Shown in pieces: positions 15,714-22,702 of a stretch of 35,815 nucleotides of DNA. The notes under the pieces are model-generated. The model saw only the letters and a list, made by a program, of their open reading frames with translations, did not search any database and was not told the DNA's origin. The position numbers were made by a program, and so were the translations under genes. Each line of letters begins with the position of its first letter. The stretch's first letter is position 1. Source of the DNA: Clostridiales bacterium. Its GTDB lineage: Bacteria; Bacillota; Clostridia; Oscillospirales; CAG-272. Location of the stretch: assembly GCA_016281895.1 (NCBI GenBank), contig JAEEJM010000023.1:1-35815 (forward strand), in the 5' to 3' direction.

Positions 15714-18005
15714 ATGAGGAAGACCGGTCACGTCCGCCGTCCCCGCGGACTCGGAGGGGAAGCCGTCCGCCGTATCGGCGGAGCGCTGCTTTGCCTTGCC
15801 ATGTGCCTGGGCCTCGCCGCCCTGCCGGCGGTCGACGTCTCCGCCGCCGTACACATCCCCACCTCCGAGGAGATGTACAAGCTAACCGGCCAGAGGTACA
15901 AGGACGCCATCGCCTTCGATAAGGCGCGCTACCACCGCTGCGCCGGCTCCAACTACACCTGGTTCTCCGGCGGCTGCGCCCACCTCTGCAACGTCCAGCT
16001 GCTCATGCTGGGCATCAACACAAAGTACGTCGGAGCGAACGGCTGCGACGAGTGGGACAACTACTACAAGCTCAAGTACTCCGGCGGCGGATACAAGATA
16101 CACGCCTATTCGGCCAAGGAGTACACCGTCGGCAGCGCCCTCGAGGCCATAGAAAAGGAGTGCCCCGTCGCCACCAACATAATGATGTGCTTTTCCAAGA
16201 CGATGTCCTCGAAGGGGAAGACCTACGGGCACTCGTTCTTCATACACGGGCTCATCGACGGCAACGTGTACTTCACGGACAACTTCACGATCTCCTACAA
16301 GGGCATGTACTTCGAGTCCGGCGACGTCGTCGTGATGACGCTGGCCCAGTGCCAGGCCTATTACGGCCGCAGCTGGTTCACCTTCGAGGGCGCCATCTGG
16401 TTCGAGGACGAGTCCCTCACCACCGAGGTGAAGAAGCAGGGCGGATACGTCCCCGGCAACGACGACCCGGGCATCGCCACCAACGCCGCCAAAGCCGGCT
16501 ACTATCAGGTGATCAACGCCTCGGGCGGGCTCAACATCCGCAGCGGCCCCGACTCCGGCTCCGCCTCGTTCGGAAAGATAAAGAACGGAGAGAAGCTCTA
16601 CGTGACCGGTGTGTCCGGCGACTGGGGCAAGGTCTTCTATTCGAACTCCGAGTTCGCCGTCGACGGCTGGGTCTCCATGAAATATCTCAAGTATCTCAGC
16701 AAGATGCCGGCCGTGCTGATGGATACGTACGACTCGGCCGGCTTCCACGTGGCCCGGGGGGCCTACGCCAGCGTCGAGAAGGCCGTGGAGGCCAGGTGGG
16801 GCGACGTCACCGTCATTACCCTGCAGGACGACTGCGTGGTGACGAGCCCCGTGACGCTCGACGACGGCGTGACGGTCGACACCGGCTCGCACACCCTCAC
16901 CGTAAACGGAGAGGTCACGCTAAGGGGAGGGACCCTCATCAGCTCCGGCGAGATCAAGGCCCTTACAGACGACCCCTTCGTGCTGTGCGAGAAGACCAAG
17001 ACCCAGTTCATCTACCAGTGCTATTTCGGACTCAGGATGAAGTCCGCCCAGCTGTATATCGGCGACAAGGTGGCCATGAAGTTCACCACCTCGTTCACCT
17101 GCTCGATGCTGCCGGTCGGCGCCGAGGTCGACTACAAGCTCGTCTGCACGGGGGTCGGGGGCAAGGGGCGCACCGTCTACTCGCCCGTCTCCGTCGAGGA
17201 CGACCTCATCGACTTCGTGACCGAAGGCCTGGCGGCCAAGTACATGTCCGACTCCATAACCTGCCGGGCCGAGATAACCGTCACCTATAAGGGGGTCAGC
17301 TATCTGTTCACGAGCGGAGAGCTCAGCTACTCGCCCGTGGACTACAGCGGCGACGCCTTCGGCAAGGACAGCCGCCTCGACGCGCTGCTCGTCGCCATGC
17401 TCAGGTACGGCTCCGAGTCCCAGAAGTTCTTCGGCTATTCCACGGACAGGCTCGCCGACAGGTTTTTGACCTCGGCGCCCGCCGCCACAGCCGACGAGCT
17501 GTCGGAGATCGCTCCGAGGGCCCTCACGCCCCCGTATTCGTCCTCGTCGACCCAGATCCACGTCAATTCCGCGAAGCTTGCCGTCGGCGACACCGTCCAC
17601 ATAGTCTTCGGGACCTCGTCCGGGACCCTTCCCGAGGGCACCAGGCTGCTCGGCTGGACTTACGCGGACTACAGGGCAGTCGCCGACGCGGCCGGGGCCT
17701 CGGGGGCTGACGCCGGGGCGTCCATGACCGCCTCCAACTGCTCGTTCTCGCTGGCTCCGGACTCCTCCGGCAGCTTCGCGACGGCCGGGCTGTCGCCGCT
17801 TCAGTTCTCCGACACATACTACTTCCGCCTGGCCGTCCCGGACAGCTCCGGGAACTACGCCTACGACTGCGTGATCACGTTCAGCGTGACGTCTTACTGC
17901 GCCTACCTGCTCGGGAACGGCCTCAACGATTCGGCCGACGCCCTCTGCCTTGCCATATGCAGATACGGCAGGGCCGCCAGAGACTATCTCGAGGCGTACA
18001 ACTGA
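15714..18005 (+). CDS. secreted protein with an N-terminal putative Cys/His (papain-like?) domain, an SH3b (SH3_3) domain and a large uncharacterised C-terminal region
   Basis: An AAGGAGGAG SD lies at 15699-15707. ATG 15714 has 8-nt spacing, whereas the track start at 15708 has only 2 nt. The signal peptide is LLCLAMCLGLAALPAVDVSA. The SH3b signature is YYQVINASGGLNIRSGPDSGSASFGKIKNGEKLYVTGVSGDWGKVFY...GWVSMKYL. Confidence 0.7.
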   Translation: MRKTGHVRRPRGLGGEAVRRIGGALLCLAMCLGLAALPAVDVSAAVHIPTSEEMYKLTGQRYKDAIAFDKARYHRCAGSNYTWFSGGCAHLCNVQLLMLGINTKYVGANGCDEWDNYYKLKYSGGGYKIHAYSAKEYTVGSALEAIEKECPVATNIMMCFSKTMSSKGKTYGHSFFIHGLIDGNVYFTDNFTISYKGMYFESGDVVVMTLAQCQAYYGRSWFTFEGAIWFEDESLTTEVKKQGGYVPGNDDPGIATNAAKAGYYQVINASGGLNIRSGPDSGSASFGKIKNGEKLYVTGVSGDWGKVFYSNSEFAVDGWVSMKYLKYLSKMPAVLMDTYDSAGFHVARGAYASVEKAVEARWGDVTVITLQDDCVVTSPVTLDDGVTVDTGSHTLTVNGEVTLRGGTLISSGEIKALTDDPFVLCEKTKTQFIYQCYFGLRMKSAQLYIGDKVAMKFTTSFTCSMLPVGAEVDYKLVCTGVGGKGRTVYSPVSVEDDLIDFVTEGLAAKYMSDSITCRAEITVTYKGVSYLFTSGELSYSPVDYSGDAFGKDSRLDALLVAMLRYGSESQKFFGYSTDRLADRFLTSAPAATADELSEIAPRALTPPYSSSSTQIHVNSAKLAVGDTVHIVFGTSSGTLPEGTRLLGWTYADYRAVADAAGASGADAGASMTASNCSFSLAPDSSGSFATAGLSPLQFSDTYYFRLAVPDSSGNYAYDCVITFSVTSYCAYLLGNGLNDSADALCLAICRYGRAARDYLEAYN

Positions 18006-18011
18006 GAAGAC

Positions 18012-18767
18012 TTGAGTACTGACAGGATTGCCGTCTGCGGCATCGGCTTCGATCCGCTCACCGAAGAGGCGGCGGCGCAGGCCGTTGCCGCGGCCGTTCG
18101 CGGGCGGAGGGGCGGGGAGGAGCTCCCGCTCAGGGTGGTCACCCCGAATCCCCTTATGGCGAGGCTTGCGGCCAGGGAGCCCCGCTTTATGGAGGTCCTC
18201 AACTCCTCCGGCCTCGTGCTGGCCGACGGCACGGGCATAGTCGGCGCGGCATCGAGGCAGGGAACTCCGCTGCCCGGACGGGCGACAGGCATCGGCACCG
18301 CCGAAAAAGCCGCATCGCTGCTGGCCGGCGAACACGGCAGCGTCTTCATCCTCGGCGCAAAGCCGGGGAGGGCCGCGGCCGCCGCGGAAGAGCTGGCCTC
18401 GCGATATCCCGGGCTCCGTGTGCTCGGCTCGGCCGACGGATACGGTGACATGTCGGATCCGGACGCGGCGGCCCGCGCGGTCGGCTCGCTCCGCCCGGAC
18501 CTGCTGATCGTCTGCCTCGGCATGCCGGCTCAGGAGTACTGGGCGGCGGACCACGCGGAGGCGCTTCGCGGCACGGGCGCCGTCATGTGTCTGGGAGGCG
18601 CGGCGGACGTCTGGTCCGGCGCCGTAAGGCCCGCCCCGGCCCGGGTGCGCGCCGCCCGGCTGGAGTGGCTGTGGAGGATGGCGGTCGAGCCGAGGCGCTT
18701 TGCCGCCCTGCCGGAGCTGATAGCCTTCCGCATCGGCACGCGCAGAAGGCTCTTCCGCAGGCGCTGA
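18012..18767 (+). CDS. tagA: WecB/TagA/CpsF-family glycosyltransferase (N-acetylmannosaminyltransferase-like)
   Basis: The 251-aa size fits the family. Family motifs include a VVTPNP-like loop, LVLADGTGIV, FILGAKPG, PDLLIVCLGMPAQE, GGAADVWSG and RLEWLWR. It uses a TTG start 7 nt after the upstream stop. Confidence 0.8.
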   Translation: MSTDRIAVCGIGFDPLTEEAAAQAVAAAVRGRRGGEELPLRVVTPNPLMARLAAREPRFMEVLNSSGLVLADGTGIVGAASRQGTPLPGRATGIGTAEKAASLLAGEHGSVFILGAKPGRAAAAAEELASRYPGLRVLGSADGYGDMSDPDAAARAVGSLRPDLLIVCLGMPAQEYWAADHAEALRGTGAVMCLGGAADVWSGAVRPAPARVRAARLEWLWRMAVEPRRFAALPELIAFRIGTRRRLFRRR

Positions 18768-18797
18768 GCCCGGACCGGCCGGTCCGCCTGTCAGCGC

Positions 18798-18853
18798 GGA
18801 CGGCGGAAAACGGAGGATCCCGCAGCGGATTACACGGCGGGACGGCGGAAAAC
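18798..18853 (+). promoter_or_regulatory. pair of 14-nt perfect direct repeats (GGACGGCGGAAAAC) upstream of the gap promoter
   Basis: The copies lie at 18798-18811 and 18840-18853, spaced 42 nt start to start. The second ends 22 nt upstream of the -35. The second copy reads CGGGACGGCGGAAAAC. Confidence 0.5.
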
Positions 18854-18874
18854 ACGGAAAAACAAATAAAACGC

Positions 18875-18903
18875 TTGTATTTTTCGCGGAAAAGTAATAT
18901 AAT
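18875..18903 (+). promoter_or_regulatory. sigmaA-type promoter (TTGTAT-17-TATAAT) for gap
   Basis: TTGTAT lies at 18875-18880, followed by a 17-nt spacer and TATAAT at 18898-18903. This predicts a GC-rich leader of about 155 nt before ATG 19067. Confidence 0.65.
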
Positions 18904-19066
18904 AAACTTTGGTTTTCGCCGCGGCCGCGGATCCGCTCAGGGCACCGCCGCGTGAAGGCCGCAGCCGGGCCCGCGCGCGCCCCGCGCTCGGCCTAATGCC
19001 CGCCCGCTGCGGCGGGGCATCGCTCAGTCAGAACAAAAAACAAATATATACCGGAGGATTTCCACA

Positions 19067-20083
19067 ATGTCAGTAAGAGTTGCCATCAACGGCTTCGGAA
19101 GGATCGGACGTCTCGCTTTCCGCCAGATGTTCGGCGCCAAGGGCTACCAGGTGGTCGCCATCAACGACCTCACCAGCCCCAAAATGCTTGCCCACCTGCT
19201 CAAGTACGACTCCGCGCAGGGAAGATACGGCCACGACGTCACCGCCGACGACGAGGCCGGCACCATTACCGTGGACGGTAAGACCATCAGGATCTATTCC
19301 GAGAAGGACGCCGTCAACTGCCCCTGGAAGAAGCTCAAAGTCGACGTGGTGCTCGAGTGCACCGGCTTCTACACCAGCAAAGAGAAGTCCATGGCCCACA
19401 TCAAGGCCGGCGCCAAGAAGGTCGTCATCTCCGCCCCCGCCGGAAACGATCTCAAAACCATAGTCTACAGCGTCAACGAGCAGACCCTGACCGCCGAGGA
19501 CCAGATCATCTCGGCCGCTTCCTGCACCACCAACTGCCTGGCTCCCATGGCCAAGGCGCTCAACGATTACGCCCCCATCCAGAGCGGCATCATGACCACC
19601 GTCCACGCCTACACCGGCGACCAGATGGTCCTTGACGGCCCGCACCGCAAGGGCGACCTCCGCCGCGCCCGCGCCGCCGCCGTGAACATCGTTCCGAACT
19701 CCACCGGCGCCGCCAAGGCCATCGGCCTCGTCATCCCCGAACTCAACGGCAAGCTCATCGGCTCCGCCCAGAGAGTTCCCACCCCGACCGGCTCCACCAC
19801 CATCCTTGTCGCCGTCGTGAAGGCCAAGAACGTGACCGTCGAGGGCATCAACGCCGCCATGAAGGCCGCCGCTTCCGATTCCTTCGGCTACAACGAGGAG
19901 CCCATCGTCTCCTCCGACGTCATAGGCATGACCTACGGTTCGCTCTTCGACGCCACCCAGACCATGGTCGCGAAGATCGACGACAAGACCTATCAGGTAC
20001 AGGTCGTCTCCTGGTACGACAACGAGAACAGCTACACGAGCCAGATGGTCCGCACCATCAAATACTTCGCCGAGCTCGCCTGA
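19067..20083 (+). CDS. gap: type I glyceraldehyde-3-phosphate dehydrogenase
   Basis: The N-terminus is [14 protein letters not shown], and the active site is [14 protein letters not shown] is present near the C-terminus. An AGGA-type SD (CCGGAGGATTTCCACA) precedes the ATG. The protein is 338 aa. Confidence 0.97.
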   Translation: MSVRVAINGFGRIGRLAFRQMFGAKGYQVVAINDLTSPKMLAHLLKYDSAQGRYGHDVTADDEAGTITVDGKTIRIYSEKDAVNCPWKKLKVDVVLECTGFYTSKEKSMAHIKAGAKKVVISAPAGNDLKTIVYSVNEQTLTAEDQIISAASCTTNCLAPMAKALNDYAPIQSGIMTTVHAYTGDQMVLDGPHRKGDLRRARAAAVNIVPNSTGAAKAIGLVIPELNGKLIGSAQRVPTPTGSTTILVAVVKAKNVTVEGINAAMKAAASDSFGYNEEPIVSSDVIGMTYGSLFDATQTMVAKIDDKTYQVQVVSWYDNENSYTSQMVRTIKYFAELA

Positions 20084-20092
20084 CAGGCTTTT

Positions 20093-20122
20093 GCTCTCCG
20101 CCGCCTCCGGGCGGCGGAGAGC
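20093..20122 (+). terminator. perfect 13-bp GC hairpin directly after gap (terminator-like, no T-run)
   Basis: The sequence is GCTCTCCGCCGCC-TCCG-GGCGGCGGAGAGC. Two further GC hairpins follow, and a short stem with TTTTTGATTTT lies near 20215-20236. Confidence 0.45.
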
Positions 20123-20240
20123 GGCACAGCCGCCGGCGCGGCTCCGCGCCGGCACTTCATACCCCGTGCACCAAAACGGCGGCGTGACTGCGGAGCTCAG
20201 CTCCGCACCGTCACCGCACAGCGGTTTTTGATTTTCGGTA

Positions 20241-20269
20241 TTGACAAGCGCGCGGATTTGTGGTATCAT
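20241..20269 (+). promoter_or_regulatory. sigmaA-type promoter (TTGACA-17-TATCAT) for tRNA-Lys
   Basis: TTGACA lies at 20241-20246, followed by a 17-nt spacer and TATCAT at 20264-20269. The tRNA starts 19 nt downstream. Confidence 0.75.
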
Positions 20270-20287
20270 GTTTCCCGTTGACGGTCT

Positions 20288-20360
20288 GCCCCATTAGCTC
20301 AGGCGGTAGAGCACTTGACTTTTAATCAAGGTGTCCGGAGTTCGAATCTCCGATGGAGCA
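20288..20360 (+). tRNA. tRNA-Lys (anticodon UUU)
   Basis: I folded a 73-nt cloverleaf by hand. The acceptor pairs GCCCCAT with ATGGAGC, with one C3:A70 mismatch. The D arm is GCTC-AGGCGGTA-GAGC. The anticodon arm is CTTGA-CTTTTAA-TCAAG. The T arm is CGGAG-TTCGAAT-CTCCG, and the discriminator is A. CCA is not encoded. Confidence 0.9.
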
Positions 20361-20363
20361 CCG

Positions 20364-20415
20364 GAAAAAACGGCCCGGCCGGGCCTCCGCAAGGAGTGCC
20401 CGGCCGGGCTTTTTT
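20364..20415. terminator. bidirectional Rho-independent terminator (tRNA-Lys on +, histidine kinase on -)
   Basis: An A6 run (20364-20369) is followed by the 12-bp stem GCCCGGCCGGGC (20373-20384 pairing with 20398-20409). Its loop can pair further (CTCC-GCAA-GGAG). A T6 run follows at 20410-20415. Confidence 0.85.
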
Positions 20416-20488
20416 CCGTATACTATAGGTTTCTGCCCGCTTGCCGGCTGCGGCGCCCCGGCAATGACGTTCCCGGGCACTCCGCCTC

Positions 20489-21589
20489 TCAGTCCCCGTC
20501 CGTGTCGGCGGCCTCCGGGTACGCGGGGAGAGTCACAGTGAACACGGTCATTCCGTCGCCGGACACGGCCTCGACCCGGCCGCCGTGGAGCTCGACGACG
20601 CGCTTGACGACCGCAAGTCCCACTCCGTTGCCCTCGGCGGCGTGCGACTCGTCCGCCTGGTAGAACTTCCGGAAGATCTTTTCCATTGATCCGGCCGGGA
20701 TGGACTGCCCGCCGTTCTCCACGGCGACCTCGACGGCGTCGCCCGAGCGGGAAGCCGCGATCCGCACGGTCCCGTTATCGTCGGAGAACTTTATCGCGTT
20801 GTCCAGAAGGTTTATCCACACCTGCTTCAGCAGTTCCTCGCTGCCGCGCAGGGAGATCTCGTCGAATTCGAGCTCGATGTCAAGTTTCTTGCGCTCCCAC
20901 TTCCTCTCCAGCAGCAGCACGCAGTTCCTCAGCTGCTCGGACAGGTTGAACTCCGCCGCGTCGGTGAGGATGGTCTGGTTCTCCACCTTGGTCAGATCCA
21001 GGACGTTCGTCGCCATGACGGACAGGCGACGGGATTCCTCCTCTATGATGTCAAGGTATTCGATCCGCTGCTCCTCGCTCAGCTGGCCGCGCTTCAGCAG
21101 CTTCGCGAAGCCGGCGATGGACACTATCGGGGTCTTGAATTCATGGGAGAAGTTGTTCACGAAGTCCGAGCGCAGCATTTCGGTGTTCTCGAGCTCCGAG
21201 GCGAGGGAGTTGAAGCTGTCCGTAAGGTCCTTCAGTATCCACAGCTTCTGCATCTTCTTCTCGTACCACCTCGTGAGGTGGATGCGAGTGCCGAACTCGC
21301 CTCTGGCGAGGCTGTTCAGAGCGTTGATTATCGTGTTGATGAGACCGAGGGGCATCCGGACCACGAGCCACGAGAGAATGGAGCCGAGGACGGTGCTTGC
21401 CAGTATGAGCAGGAAGACGAAGATGGTCAGGACCTCGGAGTTGCTCTTGCCGATCTGAAGCAGATCGAAGTGGAGCAGGATGGCAGCCACGGCCCCCACA
21501 ATGACCATGCTCAGGAACATGCTCACGAAGATGAACAGCGATATGACGAGCGTAAGGGTGAACCTCTCCCGCCTTTGAGTATTCTTCAT
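20489..21589 (-). CDS. sensor histidine kinase, intramembrane-sensing type (two TM helices, ~14-aa outer loop)
   Basis: The two TM helices are LTLVISLFIFVSMFLSMVIVGAVAAILL and VLTIFVFLLILASTVLGSILSWLVV. The H-box is NFSHEFKTPIVSI, the N-box is NLLDNAIKF and the G-box is GNGVGLAVV. The start overlaps the regulator stop (ATGA). Confidence 0.9.
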   Translation of the reverse strand: MKNTQRRERFTLTLVISLFIFVSMFLSMVIVGAVAAILLHFDLLQIGKSNSEVLTIFVFLLILASTVLGSILSWLVVRMPLGLINTIINALNSLARGEFGTRIHLTRWYEKKMQKLWILKDLTDSFNSLASELENTEMLRSDFVNNFSHEFKTPIVSIAGFAKLLKRGQLSEEQRIEYLDIIEEESRRLSVMATNVLDLTKVENQTILTDAAEFNLSEQLRNCVLLLERKWERKKLDIELEFDEISLRGSEELLKQVWINLLDNAIKFSDDNGTVRIAASRSGDAVEVAVENGGQSIPAGSMEKIFRKFYQADESHAAEGNGVGLAVVKRVVELHGGRVEAVSGDGMTVFTVTLPAYPEAADTDGD

Positions 21590-22260
21590 ATCTTCTTCAC
21601 CGCCTTGTAACCGAGGCCGCGGACGGACTCGATCGAGAACTCGGGATAGTTCTCGAACCTTTTTCTAAGTCTGCCGATGTGGACCGTCACCGTCTCCCAG
21701 CCGCTCTCGGAATCCGAGCCCCACACCTCGTCCATGAGCTGGATGCGGGTGAAGATCTTCCCGGGGTAGGAGAGGAGAAGGAACAGAAGCATGAACTCCT
21801 TCTGGGGCAGCTCGGTGACCTCGCCCCCGCGCGATACCGTCATAGCGTCGTAATCCAGAACCACGTCCCCGATCGAGAGCCTGCGCTCGGTGGCGATCCT
21901 GGCCCTCCGCAGCAGGGCCTTTATCCGGAGGAGAAGCTCCTCCTCGTCGACGGGCTTGGTCATATAGTCGTCCGTCCCCGCCAGGAAGCCCTGCTTGCGG
22001 TCGGCAGGGAGCTGCTTTGCCGAGACCATAAGGACGGGCAGGCTGTCGTTTGCCGCCCGTAGGGTCCTCGTGAACTCGTAGCCGTCCATGCCGGGCATCA
22101 TGACGTCCAGCACGACAAGGTCCACGGTCTCCCTCTCCATGGCCAGAAGGGCCTCCTCGCCGTTCTTTGCGGTGATCACCGCGTATCCGGCCTCCTCCAG
22201 CACCGCCTGCATCAGCCGGCGGATGTTTTTGTCATCGTCGGCCACAAGTATGTGAAACAT
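21586..22260 (-). CDS. OmpR/PhoB-family response regulator
   Basis: The receiver begins MFHILVADDD, with VLDVMMPGMDG and SAK. The C-terminal winged-helix ends VHIGRLRKRF...VRGLGYK. ATG 22260 has a GGAGG SD with 8-nt spacing. The track GTG start at 22269 lies inside the SD. Confidence 0.92.
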   Translation of the reverse strand: MFHILVADDDKNIRRLMQAVLEEAGYAVITAKNGEEALLAMERETVDLVVLDVMMPGMDGYEFTRTLRAANDSLPVLMVSAKQLPADRKQGFLAGTDDYMTKPVDEEELLLRIKALLRRARIATERRLSIGDVVLDYDAMTVSRGGEVTELPQKEFMLLFLLLSYPGKIFTRIQLMDEVWGSDSESGWETVTVHIGRLRKRFENYPEFSIESVRGLGYKAVKKI

Positions 22261-22367
22261 CTTCGTCACCTCCGCGCGGATCCGGACATCGATCCGGGAC
22301 CGGTTTCTGCCGTGCAGGGCCGCCCGGGCCCGGGTGTCCCCGTGCCTTTCCGGCCTTTGCCGCGGCT

Positions 22368-22551
22368 ATCGTACTAAAAGAATCTAAACTGAAACGAAAC
22401 AAACCCCGCCCGGCAGGCTCTGCGCCGGCGGCCGGTCTCCCGCCCGGAGGCTCTTATGTCCGGACTCTCACGGCGGATGATCGGGCGCGGGCAGGCTCTG
22501 TGCCGGACCCGTCACGGGGTTTATTTTCAGTTTAGAAAACCCTGTTATCAT
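22368..22551. promoter_or_regulatory. mirror-symmetric divergent promoter/operator region
   Basis: The inverted repeat is TCTAAACTGAAA (22383-22394) / TTTCAGTTTAGA (22525-22536), extended by AAACCCCG (22401-22408) / CGGGGTTT (22515-22522). Each arm lies 9 nt from an outward-facing -10-like hexamer. On the minus strand this is TACGAT (complement of 22368-22373); on the plus strand it is TGtTATCAT (22543-22551). An internal 17-nt direct repeat, GGCAGGCTCTG(C/T)GCCGG, lies at 22412-22428 and 22490-22506. Confidence 0.55.
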
Positions 22552-22558
22552 TTTTCCG

Positions 22559-22622
22559 GAAGCCCGAAGCCCGAAGCCCGAAGCCCGAAGCCCGAAGTAC
22601 GAAACCCGGAAGCCCGGAAGCC
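22559..22622 (+). repeat. heptanucleotide tandem repeat, (GAAGCCC)5 plus about 4 degenerate units, in the 5' leader of the GT4 operon
   Basis: The five perfect units lie at 22559-22593. They are followed by GAAGTAC, GAAACCC, GGAAGCCC and GGAAGCC. The copy number was verified against both ORF-track translations (SPKPEARSPKPE on the plus strand, FGLRASGFGLRASG on the minus strand). Confidence 0.9.
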
Positions 22623-22702
22623 TTACCGCTCGCGCTGAGACAGAAAACCCGCAATAGCATGCCCGCCGGCGCCCGTGACAGCCGGCGGCCGGAGGTGGAG
22701 AT

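Noticed and set aside
20288-20488. tRNA-Lys as an integration site of a genomic island
   Set aside because: There is no integrase, no phage or transposon genes, and no direct repeat of the tRNA 3' end noticed downstream. The flanking genes are ordinary chromosomal functions.
22383-22536. MITE-like element (26-nt imperfect terminal inverted repeats flanking a 106-nt core)
   Set aside because: There is no clear target-site duplication and no second copy noticed in the window. The arms align precisely with outward -10 hexamers, so a promoter/operator interpretation fits better. A genome-wide copy count would settle it.
22456-22638. 60-aa ORF in the long intergenic region
   Set aside because: Its C-terminal half is the translation of the GAAGCCC heptamer repeat (SPKPEARSPKPE). 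It has no SD and spans the predicted promoter of the GT4 operon. I treat it as non-coding.
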